NCBI GenBank assembly: GCA_030390025.1
Contig: CM059427.1
Coordinates: 33,852,001-33,916,000 of the forward strand
Source: Squalus acanthias
Taxonomy: Eukaryota
Length of the DNA: 64,000 nucleotides
Direction of reading: 5' to 3'
The notes under the pieces are model-generated. The model worked only from the letters and a program-made list of their open reading frames with translations. It made no database searches and was not told the origin of the DNA. Position numbers and translations under genes: made by a program. This document shows, piece by piece, positions 30,241 through 43,444 of this stretch; position 1 is the stretch's first letter, and each line of letters opens with the position of its first letter.

Positions 30241-30340
30241 TCCCAAGCCCAATGAGCGCCCGAGGGCTGGGCCGCACCACACGGTTGGCTAAGTCTCACT
30301 TTGGTAAATTTCCGAGGTGACGTTAACGCTCTGGATTTTT
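30200..30340 (-). promoter_or_regulatory. NR4A2 proximal promoter
   Basis: Tandem CRE half-sites (AGCGTCAGCG x2, 30221-30240), CCAAT near 30250, NF-kB-like GGAAATTTACC (30303-30313, minus), near-palindromic CRE TGACGTTA (30318-30325); CpG-rich. Confidence 0.8.
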
Positions 30341-31049
30341 AAGGTAGTTGGGGCATGACTTGAGGCAACCTTCTCACCTCCTTTTTCAGCATTTCCAAAA
30401 CAACACGTAGTTGGAATATTCGCCGTTTATAGCTTATCGATCTTATTGATCACTTGTTTTGGACTTATTTCTAGAACGGTAAACAGCGCATTTATTATTT
30501 TTCATTTCCGGTATAAAGATTTATTCCATTATTCAATATTTTCTACTGTAAAAACTAGTAAATCGTAAGAGCCAGAAAGGGAAACTGGTGGGTGCATTAT
30601 TTGGCATGCAAAGAGATTTCCTTTTTTTTGCTTTATTCAGTTTGTGTTCAATTGGAAGTACCTGTGTATTGTTTAAAACACACGCATTTTATTTGATGTA
30701 AGCCACATTTATGAAGAGTAGTGACTTTACACAACCAGCGTGCATACACTCATTGATTAATGTCGAATGCAGGGGAAAGATTCTGCTTGTGGAATGTCAA
30801 AAAAGAAAATCAGCCGGTATAATTTCGGATAAGTTTCGGTGTCACGGTGTGAAAGGGCTGCGCTGGCAATTGCCGAATTTAAATATTGAATCCGGTTGCT
30901 CTGCAGCAGGACTCGATATAAAAGTCACAATGCTGCATGTGTATATATCTGCAATGGTGGAAATAATAACAATGCAAAGAGCGGGGAAAGTCTGGTGGCC
31001 ACCTTTAATGATGACAGGCGCTGGAAGGACAGAGGGAGCTCATTAATAC

Positions 31050-31290
31050 GGGCTGTTGCAGAGCAGCGTCAGCGCTGGTGGGCGAAGCCTTTTAATGAAC
31101 GAAAGGAAAATGTGATCGGGCGCGCGCCGGGGCCGGCAGAGTGCCGCGTGACGCAGGAACGCCGCCATTGACGCAAAGAGCCGGCTGGGCCAAAAATAGC
31201 AGGTCTGGCAGCGAGCGCACTGTCAGCCTGCAACTGATGCACTGCTGGGCAGGGCTTGCTCCGGCTATTTTAAACTCCGTCGGAAACTCG
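31050..31290. promoter_or_regulatory. CpG-rich CRE/MEF2-like element about 1 kb upstream of NR4A2
   Basis: TGACG half-sites at 31067, 31149 and 31169; MEF2-like CCAAAAATAG (31190-31199) and CTATTTTAAA (31265-31274). Confidence 0.6.
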
Positions 31291-31376
31291 AGAACACCAA
31301 ATTAAGACATTGCGGATATTTTTAGAGATACTGGCTTGGCGTGGGATTATTTAGAAGGGGTCACGTTTGCTATATT

Positions 31377-31377
31377 G

Positions 31378-31412
<35 letters not shown>
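31377..31412. repeat. (TA)n(CA)n compound microsatellite
   Basis: Seen directly in the sequence. Confidence 0.9.
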
Positions 31413-31413
<1 letters not shown>

Positions 31414-32408
31414 CCCTTTATAGAAAAGTAAAAGTTTTTTTTTTGCAGGGATATGCTGTTTTGTGGATTTTATACCGGTTTATTTTATTTTTTTTGCCAC
31501 GCTTGATGGGCTGTGTTAGTGTTGTGCTGTTAAAACTGTGAAGGGCGGCTACAATACTGCACTTTTCCACTTTCAGTATAACCCCGAGCGGGGAGGAAAG
31601 CGGCAGGTTAGCTTTGAACTAAAACCTGCCCACCACCATGTCCGGGACCGTCTCCCCTACTCTTCATATTTGAGGGTAACAATACGAGAATATATTAGGA
31701 TATAATTTATTATACTGTCAAATGTGGTCTATGAAAATACACGTTTTGGTTGAAAATAAACATTATATGAGCGATGTTTGTACCAGTGACGTCCCCCCAC
31801 CCCCTTTGTCTTCTGAGTAATGCTGAGCTTTCCCGTGTACAAAAACGTACAATTAATACAAGAAAAGGAAAACAATTGGTGAAAACGCCCATCACGGTCC
31901 TAAATGGAAACGTTCTTGGCAGATGGTACATTTCCAGTGGTTGACCGCTTTTCAGGTTCTTCCCTTGTCTGGAAACAGATCCATTCAAATAACCGGAACT
32001 GTTGCAGTTGCGCGTTTTGACCAGGAAGAGGTACTCGTCCTCAATCATATACCAGCAAAAAATACATAATTTTTCCAAAATAAATTTACATATAAAACCA
32101 AACAGGCCAACAGCACGTCTAGCTTTCCCTCACATATAAAGTAGAAGTAGGCTAGCTAAATTACAAGTTCTCACGATGCATTGAGAATAGCTGTTATCAG
32201 CTAGATGGCTGGCAGCAGAATGGATAGCACATTTATTGGAATTGTTACAGGATAATTTAAGTCTTGGCCAGAAATATTAATCACTTACTATTATCCTATT
32301 GATCCAATTCAGTTTCAGTGCACAAGAGCAAAATGACAATGTTTTACAATGGTAAATAGGATATGCGGTCTGATCTTGTTCCCTCCTCGGCTAAAATGTC
32401 TAGACGCA

Positions 32409-32456
32409 TGTGTTGTGTGTGTGTGTGTGTGTATGTGCGGGGGGGGGGGGGGGGGG
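32409..32456. repeat. (TG)n microsatellite followed by poly-G
   Basis: Seen directly in the sequence. Confidence 0.9.
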
Positions 32457-35400
32457 AAATGGAGAGAAAGTAGAGGCACACGACACAAAGTAAAAAAATT
32501 ATATGCACAAAAATTTTATTGTTAGATAAACAGTACAGTTCATTAATTACAAAGAGTCAAACGAAAGTAACTTCCTTGTGATGTTAAGTCAGGTTTGGAG
32601 AAAATGCATTTTGAGTTTTAATATGCTTCTCAGAAAATTCAAATCCTTCAGTTAGTGTAGAGAAAGTTTACTGCGTTAGCACAAGCATGACGCAAATTTA
32701 AAGATTTTTTAAAAATAAAATGGCACATCCCCATGGTGTAGATTATATATCCTCCCCACCCCAAGGGCATGATGTAGATTAAAAATCAACCGAGTCCTGA
32801 TAAAACAAACTCATAGATCAAGATAAAAAGAAAAATCAAAATGTTGAAATGTGAAATCTAAACAGAAAATGATGGAAATACACATCAGGTCACATTGCAC
32901 AGCCTCGTGCTCAAACTGTAATGTTCTCGCAGTGCAGTGGTTGAACTACATCATCATTACATCCACGTCAGTCAATGGGTGAATGAAAACCTTGTTTCAT
33001 TCCATTCTTCAAAGACAGACAGTTTATTCATGTCTCTAGCAAGTCTAACACTCCAACTATCACATCTTACCTTTGATGGCTATATTCACAATCTTCCTTC
33101 ATCTAAATCGAAATTGGTGGTTTCACAATCTTTGACTTTGTGGAACTGCCACTTCCCCGTTGCTGGACCTGGTTTCAAGTTTAGTTTCTTTTTTCATGCC
33201 AAATAGTATTTCCCCCCCCCCCCTCCCCTCCCCGTCAACCAACCATTCTTCACTCTTATCAAGCCCAAGTCTGACCAAGACTTGAATATTTGTCCCATCT
33301 CCAAGACAGACATTGCTACCATCTCGTTCACACTACTGGACAGGATAAATAAAGGCTGATCGGTGATCACCTTTCGTACCTCTAGTTTCCAACATGTCGA
33401 TCTGAGAGTCTTGTTCTTCTCTCTATTGATCAATACTATTGCCAGAACTTTTCTCTTTTTGCTCTTTCTCTAAATACAGCACCAAACAGGTTTTTCCTCC
33501 TCCCCTACATCCCCAATGTACTCAAATAAACTCTTATCTCAGAGTGTCTCATTCTTAATTTGTTCTTCCCCAAGACTTCAATCCTATGCAACTCCTTACT
33601 GCCCTCAAATTTTCCTTCCTCCTAGTCAACAGGCTTTTAAAACCCAAGCTTATTACATTTAACATCAGTACTTCCCAATTTATTTGGTCTTGTCTTTTGC
33701 TCTTTCCAACTTTGGGAACAACCAACATTATTCACCTTGGTTTCTCAATTTTAAAAAAGCCAGCAAAGATCTAAAAGTGAAAAAGACAAGTTAACAGTTC
33801 AAGGTGGGACTTTCATTCACTGCGGATTCTCACCTGTAACATTAACCTGTAATCCTATTAATCTTCCAGATGCTGAGTAATCTCCTGTGTATTTTGTATG
33901 ATTCAATTCAGCACCCTATAAATTGTACATTTGGAATATGCACAATAATCCATTTAATTACAGGATTGTGGAAAACGAGTAGGGGTTTATGTACCATATT
34001 TAAATTAAACATTAAGATTCCATATATCACTTTCTGGATTCTTCTAAAGCAAAGCATAAACAAGCTATATTTGGTGTCAATTTGGGATTGGAAAATTTAG
34101 TTTAAAACCAAAAGTTTAAGACATTTTCCAATTATTTTTAGAACCATGAAATTCTGTTGACTAGCTATTTTTATTCATTTAAAAAGGGACAAACTACATC
34201 GGATTCTATATATTTGAAGCATGGGAAACACAGCACCACTGAAAGAAAGCAAGGCAGTGGGATTAGTATTGAATTACTGTTGCAAAGAGCAAGAACAAAA
34301 ATCATAGGACAAATATCTTCCTGATAGAAGCACACATGTTTACAGCCTATGATCTTATAGCAGCAAAAGCAATTAGTTATTAACTTAATGGGAAATTTTA
34401 TAATTCCAGGAATTATGCCCCAGCATAATAATTTTTTTAAAGCATTAAGCATAATTTTCAGAGCCTCAGTATTATATTGTCAATGTAGCAAACCACAAGA
34501 AAAACAGCCATCGGTGATTAAAAGTTGTGTTGAGAATTAAATTGCATTCGAGCATGGGGGTGGGGGGGCAAGAAGACAGGAGAAAAAATAATTTTATGAA
34601 CAAAACTATTGCAAGTGGGTTTTAAAATGTGGCAGTTTACATTTTAGAAGGATTTCGCATAATTGTCTTAACACGGAAGTACTCAGTTGCATATGCGTCA
34701 TCAGTAAGATTATTACACCAACAAGTCTCTACTAGAGTAGCTTTATAGTTACAAGCATTGCAACATAGCCCTAAAGCATTGTAAAAAGCTCTTCAAACAT
34801 CTGAAATTTAATCCATGCTGGCAAATTTTGTAACTGCAGATACAGCTACAGGAGGTAAATTTGGATTGGACTTAGTGTTTATACATTTCTAGCTCAATGT
34901 GGTCAATCAGAGAATACAATTGTGAAATCAGCAAAATCTTGATTGGTGGAGGGAAGAGAGGAAAACAAAAGAGAACATTACCTTTATATTATCCATCATT
35001 TTTGGAGTCATTAAGTGAGATGTTGAATGCAATCTGTCCTTTTCAGCAACACTGGATATTTGTCCAAAATCATTTATTGTTCCAGGCTACATTATATCAC
35101 AGATAGTAGACTGTAATAGAATGCTCATAACCTATTAATTTTTTTCTTGTACAATTTTGCTACACTACATGAACGTAGGTGTTATGGTAGAATGTATAAC
35201 AAAAGAAAGGCAAGTGTTAATTAGATCAAAGTCCTCCATTATACTTTTGATACACAGAATACAATCTAACTTCACAGCATGGCAGCATCGCACTGCTTCT
35301 CCCACCACAGGATGTTAGGATGCAAGTCTGCTCCCAAAATTCCCTTTATGGCAAGTTTTTAATTGTGTCATGGGCCAAGAATATAAGGGCAGAGAGCAGA

Positions 35401-36603
35401 GGCCAAGGACTTCCCGACAAAGAGGAAAGGAAAGCAAATGATAAGGTTAATTTCCTTAGGCCACTCTTGTGCACCTTCTAGTGATCCAATTAGTGTAATC
35501 TACCCTCTAGCTCAGCTGGAAAACGGTGCATGATGTAAAGAGACCCAGAGTAAAAGAAACATACAAAACATTAATAAAAATATACATTCTTCAGTTCTCA
35601 GAATATTGAATCTATCATGAATTAGTACTTTCTCACCAATCAAATCAGGACATGTTGTTCATTAAACTAAATGCTCATACATTTTAAATACACCTCGAGA
35701 TTAAAGTACTACCACAATTAAGGACACACTGCTGAAGTCTGCCCATTATCAACCATTTAGCTATGTGTGGGTTGTCATCCGAGTGTAAAAACTTTGTTGA
35801 ATTCCTAATGCAGTTTTTACACTAGCAAAATCTTACTTTTTGTTATATTATTCTGCCATTTGTGATCTTGTAACATAGAGCCCATTACTGTGCATAGTTG
35901 GTCGTGTATAGCTTGTAGATGAACATTCAGCTATTTTAAAGGATAATCCAACATTCAACAGACTTGATGTTTACATTAAAGGGTTATACTTTTGAAAGAA
36001 ATAAAATTATCTAATATATTAATTCACAAATACATAGAGCGCCCTACTACCATTTTGTACTTATCTGTAATGGAGTCACATAGATACTGTGCTGATAAAA
36101 AAATCCACTGCATTAAACGCAGCAACCTTCAGGGTTAATGGAAGAGACACCATTGCTGTAATTAAATAAAAATGTTACAAATCAGCTGCTAGGTTTTTAA
36201 AAATCTTAAATAGAAGTTTAACATAGTACAGTTAAAATCAGAGACAACACAGCCAATATCTCAGGGAGTAATGTATACCATGTTACTGAGCCACAGAGCT
36301 CATTTGTCCAGATTCAATTAACCAGAGTTCTGGCTCTTGATCACTATCCAGGGACCCAGGTTGGAAATTGCACATGTATGTGCTTTGGGTGAAAACAGGG
36401 TTGGACTTGGCTGTGTTGGCACCCATGGTTAAATAGCCTGCCAACACTCAATGTCTGGATTCACATGTGAAAAATGCCCACTTACCCCAATACAAGTCAC
36501 AACCTTCTAGTGGGGGAGGTGATGAAATCAAGATCAGGATCATAAAAATAATGTCAACCACCAAACAATCAACTTCACACTTCAGTGCTAATGATCATAG
36601 TAT

Positions 36604-36750
36604 TAAAACCTTAAGCCAAGCTTTAGGTCACCTGTCCCAATATCTCCTTATGTGGCTTGTATCAAATTTTGTCTGATAATGCTCCTGTGAAGTGCCTTGG
36701 GACGTTTTACTATGTTAAAGATGCTATATAAATACAAGTTGCTGTTGTAT
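36604..36750 (+). mobile_element. L2 LINE 3' tail fragment
   Basis: GCTCCTGTGAAGTGCCTTGGGACGTTTTACTATGTTAAAGATGCTATATAAATACAAGTTG matches the tails at 49613 and 55533. Confidence 0.75.
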
Positions 36751-37063
36751 CAAAATCCTGAGAAGCACGAGCATTTTTAGAACTGTTTAGGTTTTACTCC
36801 AAGAAGTGGATAGAGGGAAAAGTCCAGCAATGTGATCATATGCATGCTGTGGCTACTTTTCAAGTAGTCTGTTAATGTGACATTAAATGTCCACTGTACA
36901 TAGAAAATCTTGTACATTAATTAAGCTGAAGTCAATTCATAATTAAATTATAAATTTACATATTAGTTTGAACTACAGTTATTCAGAAATGTTAAAAAGT
37001 GGGGGTGAATTCAAGTGCTCATCAAGGTGAAGGATGTTGATGCCAGGGAATGCATGTGTTATT

Positions 37064-37155
37064 AAAGGTCATCGACCTGAAATGTTAACTCTGTTTCTCT
37101 CGCCACAGATGCTGCCTGGCCTGCTGAGTATTTACAGCATTTTCTGTTTTTATCC
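37064..37155 (+). mobile_element. Penelope-like terminal fragment
   Basis: Near-identical to 14444-14535. Confidence 0.7.
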
Positions 37156-38348
37156 TAAATTTACATTATGTGCCCATTTACTGCCTAAGGTCTGCTCCAC
37201 CCCATCAACCATTTGCTTAACAGGAAATGAACCAAGAGCAACAAGCGTAGTGCTCACTACAGGCTTGTTTTGTGCACACTCAGTCAGACTGGACTAAAAT
37301 TCCAGTTCCACGTCCTCTAATTCGGAAACAGAACTTCCCTCTTATTTTGATACCAAACCCCAACACGGTGGTGAAAGCCAGTGACTTGAATTAACGCATC
37401 AGCAATAGCGGAGGCAGATGGCACATGAGAGAAATGGAGAAATAATCAGGGCCCTGAGCGAATTTACCTACCCGACCGCAGCACCATAAATCCTTTAGTG
37501 ACAAAGGCAGGCCCCCCTTTCCTCCTCCCGAACCCTTTCACAAATCGCCGGCGGTATCTCAAAGGACACCAGCACCCAGATTAGGCCTATCCATCTGTCA
37601 GAGGAGCACATGGCTATGAACATAAAGCTCCGAGTCTGAGGTACAAGGAAAATCGTGATAACGCCTTCATCTATTCTATTAACTCAGACTGAAGAAATTG
37701 AAGGAGAAAGTCACACCGGATCCCGATTATTATGGCCTTGCTGCAGGCCCAGAGACTGGAAAGTGTCTTTCTTTCTTCCCACCGCCCCTCCAAGGCCACA
37801 TGGCGTGCACACACTCTCTCCATTGACGGCGCTCTTTTCAAATGCGCGAGCGGCTTCCAAGTGATACAGGGTGGCTCCGTACGAGGGGAAAGAAAAGGGT
37901 TGAAAGGAAGGCTCATGCTACCTCGGCCCATGCAACGCCGGACTAACTCACGGATTTCCCCACCCCTAACTCGGGTTTTAATCGCCCGGTAGAGAAGTTA
38001 TAACTTCCACTTTTATTTAATAGTTAAAAGCGGTGAGTTATTTATGAACGTGGGAGCGATTAAGGCTGGATCAAAAAAAAACTTACCAAGATAAATACTG
38101 CTGTAAAAGGGACTTGTCGAAGCGTTCAAATGGTGTCCAACAGCAAGAACCTGAATTGACTGCGCATGCACAGTCTTTGTATAGCTAAGACTATTCCTCT
38201 TGTCTCAATATACAGGGAAGACTACTGATGTTTATGCCATAAACCAACTGGCGGACCGCCTGAAATCTTCAGTCCCAGGAACCACCCCCCCGCCCGGTTG
38301 AGAACCCCTGCCCTAGAGAACTGATAATTGATGAAAAGGGACTGAGAA

Positions 38349-39377
38349 AGGGTTGGCAGGCTGTAACTAGTGGGGTACCGCAAGGATCAGTGCTTGGGCC
38401 TCAGCTATTTACAATCTATATCAGTGACTTAGAGGAGGGGACGGAGTGTAATCTATCCAAGTTTGCTGACAATACAAAGCTAGGTGGGAAAGTAAGCTGT
38501 GAGGAGGACGCAAAGAGGCTGCAAAGGGATATAGACAGGTTAAGTGAGTGGGCAAGAACGTGGCAGATGGAATATAATGTGAAGTTAATCCACTTTAGTA
38601 GGAAAAATAGAAAAGCAGATTACTTTTTAAAAGGTGAGAGACTAGGAAATGTTGGTATTCAGAGGGACCTGGGTGTCCCTGTACACGAATCACAAAGGTA
38701 ACATACAGGTACAGCAAGCAATTAGGAAAGTAAATGGTATGTTAGCCTTTATTACAAAGGGATTGGAGTACAAGAGTCAAGAAGTCTTACTGCAATAATG
38801 TAGGTCCTTGGTGAGATCATACCTGGAGTACTGTGTACAGTTTTGGTCTCCTTACCCAAGGAAGGATATACTTTCCTTAGAGGGAGTGCAACAAAGGTTC
38901 ACAAGACTGGTTCCTGGGATAGGGGGATTGTCCTACGAGGAGAGATTGCATAGACTAGGCCTATATTCCCTAGAGTTTAGAAAAATGAGAGGTGATCTCA
39001 TTGAAACATCTAAAATTCTTATGGGGCTTGACAAGGTAGATACTGGGACGATGTTTCCCTGGTTGGGGAGTCTAGAACTAGGGGCCACAGTCCCAGAATA
39101 AGGGGTCGGCCATTTAGGACTGAGATGAGGAGAAATATCTTCACTGAAAGGGTTGTAAATATTTGGAATTCGCCACCTCAGAGGGCTGTGGATGCTCAGT
39201 CATTGAGTATATTCAAGACAGAGATCAATAGATTTTTGGATACCAAGGGAATTAAGCGATATGGGGATAGGGTGGGAAAGTGGAGTTGAGGTAGAAGATC
39301 AGCCATGATCTCATTGAACGGGGGAGCAGGCTTGAAGGGCCGAATGGCCTAGTCTTGCTCCTGTTTCTTATGTTCTT
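38349..39377 (+). mobile_element. 5'-truncated CR1 LINE (RT C-terminus and 3' UTR)
   Basis: SGVPQGSVLGPQLFTIYISDL, SKFADNTKLGG, LEYCVQFWSP, RGDLIE; CR1 tail CTCCTGTTTCTTATGTTCTT. Confidence 0.92.
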
Positions 39378-39564
39378 TTGTAAAGAGAACATTTTACTCA
39401 TTGAATATATAACATCTGAATGTGGCAGTCTGCAACCAGTCAAAAAAAATGCAATTTCTAAGAGGACTTAAAAAAAACTCTATAGAATTGAAAATACAAA
39501 AGGTTTCTGAAAGATTTTTTTTCAGTACAAGGTTAATTATGAGATCACCATGCACTAAAGATTC

Positions 39565-39680
39565 TTAGAATTATAGAATGACACAGCACAGAATGAGGCC
39601 ATTCAGCCCATCGTGCCTGTGCCGGCTCTTTGGTAGAGCTATTCAATTAGTCCCACTCCCCTGCTCTTTCCCCATAGCTT
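39565..39680 (-). mobile_element. CR1-type 3' end fragment
   Basis: Similar to 58020-58130 (GGCCATTCAGCCCATCG...AGTCCCACTCCCC). Confidence 0.7.
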
Positions 39681-41239
39681 TTCTCATCAGCAAGCTACTA
39701 ACCTACAGTAAACTGACTATACAGAGGATCATTTGTCTAACAGTGGTTCTAATGTGAATTAATAAGCTATTTCAGTAAAGAACCATGCCACCCCACTTAG
39801 AACAAACTCACATTCATCTATGCACCTAACCTGTCTAGAAATATGCAGGATAAAAAAAATCCATGTCAGAGATGCAATAGCAGTGGGAAAAGAATAGCAT
39901 ATGGTTTATACAAACATACAGTACTCATTAGCACAGTGTAGGTTTACAGCAGCAAATGAATCATCCCCTACTTAAAACATCAACAGTCCATATTTATAAC
40001 ACTTACCCAATTTAAACCAATCTTCAGTCGTCAGCACATGATTCAGTGCTGGTTTGAATCTGTAGAAAAAGAGGTTTGAATTATAAGCTTAAGTATACAC
40101 AGAATTTAAATTTTACCTCAATTGTTGCTATTATACTCATCTACTCCTAACCTCCACAGTAACATGCACAGAGTGCAGCAAAGCATTTCTCCCTCTCACC
40201 TCCAATGTTTAAGTGCAGTACTTTATATACAATCTCAAACTGAACAAAGTTTTTCTTTGTTAAACAATACGAGTTTGTCTAATTACAGGATTGCATTTAA
40301 ACATTTATCCCAATTTCCCATTCTGTATTCTTAAGCATAATAAAATCTAATTTGCCTGCAACACATTAAAAAAAGACTTCTTCACTTCGTCCTGCTCATT
40401 CTCAACAAGAGCACATATTTAAGCATTTAGCAATGACTTGTCATTGCAGTGCAAAGGCCCAAAAGATGAGACAAGCACTAATATGGTTATTTATTATCCC
40501 TTGCAATGTATAAACTAGTACTCCCACATATCATTCTGCGACACAAAATCCATCTTTGCCATTGAGATACCACTGTCATTTCACACAGATTGTATATGAT
40601 TGATTCTACTGAAGGTTAGAGGCTAAATGGACCATATGGCAACATGTTGCTTTCCATATGTTTACATGCCCATCCATGCTTAACCATTTATTAAGCAACA
40701 TCTGTACCCCATGTGGATCCTACTTCACCTAATCGAAATATGTGCTTCTATTATTTAGTCACTTAACTGTATTGCATCACTGACACATAACTAATTATTT
40801 CCATAATATACAATTAATGAGTTTTCGAGGCATGCACTTAACAGTTATACGATGGGTATTATTTTTGATAAAATTCCCGATTAAAAATACAGCATTAGAA
40901 ACTGGCGAGAAAACCAGTGGCTCTGATGCTAGTTATCCTCGAGTTATCTTAATAGAAAAATACACTTCCTAAAAAAATCTTTTAAAATAGATTTTCAAAA
41001 TAAAAAGTGATCATCGTATTTACAGTCAATAACCGTATTCCATGCAGCCAGCGCAAAACTTATTTTAAGATATTCGGTGGAATCATTTGCCTTGTCAAAA
41101 AAACAGAATTATTGGTTTGTCGGCGAAGTCTTGCCAATCAAGATCGACAAACTAAGAATAGAATTTTTAAATGCAATCAGGATAGAGAGCACCAAACCTG
41201 CTCTTTGCTTTGGTTTTAAACAAAAAACATATATCCAGG

Positions 41240-41860
41240 CACCACATCTGTCCGCACCGCTGCAGCAAGAGCCCAAAGCAGGGACTGGGAAGGGGGGGGG
41301 GGGGGTAGGGAGAGCGGCACGCTGGAAGAGCAGAGCGCCGATTCCACCGAGGGTGTGCGGCATCGGCTGTAATGTCGAGCGGGTAAAGGGGCTCCCGTGT
41401 CTGTGTGTAAGAGCAGAGCCTGGCACCACGGCCGGGCTGGCGGCTACTCACTGCGTGCAGAACGCTGAGCCGGGCGCGGGGTAGAGCGCTGAGCCGAGCC
41501 GCTCTGCTCTCTGCTCTGAACTGCACCGGGCGGCCTCGCGCTGTAGGTCGGACTCTGCTGCAGCCTCGCGCTGTGTCAGTGCCGAGCCCGCGCCGCTCTT
41601 CCTTTGTTTCCAGTGGAACTCTCCGGATAAAGGCTCCATTGTGACAAAAGCACCATTCCGTCCACACTGCCGCTCGCGCCCCGACCCTCCTAACAAACCC
41701 CACACCCGCGTCATCCTGACGTCAATGGAGCCCGGTTCAGTGACGCGGGCGGCGCGCGTCCACTGCCTGCGTCATTCTATAAATAGAGCCATTTGTTTCA
41801 ATTACAGCCCAGCGCCTGACTGATGGCTTTTTCCATTGACGGCATGCAGTGGGAAAAGGA
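41240..41860. promoter_or_regulatory. Distal CpG island with CRE cluster and MEF2 site (enhancer or alternative promoter)
   Basis: Full CRE TGACGTCA 41717-41724, half-sites at 41709, 41741, 41770 and 41837, consensus MEF2 CTATAAATAG 41777-41786; high GC and CpG. Confidence 0.7.
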
Positions 41861-43444
41861 GCGAAAGGGGATCCTCACGAGTGGCTGTACAATGGAAATA
41901 CAGCGTTTACTGCGTGTGTGATGATGCATTACGATAATAGTGAATATTATCAGGCGAGCATTGTCCGAAATTAGAAGCAGATGAATGCATTAAAACAGGC
42001 GGCTGCAAAGTTTGAATAGAGTATTAAAAACTCGTTTTTCTTCATTTAAGAGACAATTTCTAATTTTGTGCTGCGGTTCCTGCCTTGCAAGCGCTTTGGC
42101 GAAGATCCATCCAAACAACAAACTTGAAAATCTATACGTGTGCTATATTTTATATTGATGTATATTTAGACATTTTGCTGTGCCAAGTTACTTTTGTTTC
42201 TAAGCGTATTGTAATTGGTAACATTGTAGTTCCGTAGAAGAACTAGTTGTCATGTATTTATAATTTATTAACAGCAAGGGGGTTGCAGGTAGCAATTTGA
42301 ACCCTGTACACACAGCGTCTGATCCATTGATCCCTCCCCTCCCAAATCTACCACACGTCCAGTGATGTAGGCGCCAAATTTAGAATTACGCACATTTCTT
42401 CCAAATGCTAATCCCACCCTACTCACTGACTCACATTTTCTTAGGGAGATTGGAGGAAGGGGCAGGCTCACTGGGATTTTTGAAATGTGCATTAAAAATA
42501 CTCTGGTTAATTTTATAATATGTTTGAGTTTATCTAGATTCAACAGTTGACCAGCTGTTTCTCAAAAACAACCTAAAAAGTCACTCCATCTCCCTTCATA
42601 GAGTGCAATGAAAATAGATATTTTGTCAATTGAGACAGGTAGATCTTGTACATGTGTATTTTAGCTGCTTGGAGTCCGAGCTCCAGAAAGTTTTGTTCGA
42701 GAATTAGTCAAATTAAAGGTTGTCTTTGAAGGAAAAGGCATGTTAAATGCTAATTCTGTGATCATCATCCCAGCCAAAACGTGTTTGTTGGAAGGAAAAT
42801 AAATATTGGGTGGATGGCTCTTTAGTGGAATAGGGCAATCCTCTGCATCTATAGCTGCTAACTCTGCTGAGAAACCACTTAACAGCAGAGAAGCATCTTC
42901 GCTTGGATATCTCAGCATCTGCTTGCTGTTTCTCAACTGCTACCTCCACCTTCACAAAAGGTGTCCCATGCAAGTCAAGCACAATGAAAAAAGGTATTTG
43001 CAGATGGGCAATGGTTGTGTACAGTGCTTAAAATGATACCTCCCAGAGGGTGCAGCAGTTTGTGTCGGCTTAATGGGCCCCACAAGAAATGTGTGCATGG
43101 ACAAGGAACTCACTATCCTTCGCTTTATTCCTGATACCAACACATTTCTTCTTCACTTGCAGCCAGGGACAAGGAAGTTAGGCAACTGCACTGACTCAGT
43201 CAGTGACCTCCTTCCACGCAATTACCACCTGTGCTTTTATTCAGCCCTAAATATGGCTACACTTCTTTAGTGCTCGTCTGGAGTAGAATGTACAACTCTT
43301 CAGCCTCAAAAGGAGCAGTGTTGCCCACATGTCTCTGCTCTGCCATTGTGAATAATTAATCAATTTCTCTCCCACAACTACAATTTCCCCTTTTATAGCT
43401 AGCTGCATTCCTTTAAGAACTCCTCTCTTTCAGGATTTTGTGAT

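Noticed and set aside
41077-41714. Overlapping 100-180 aa ORFs in the distal CpG island
   Set aside because: Stop-poor GC-rich DNA with no recognisable domain.
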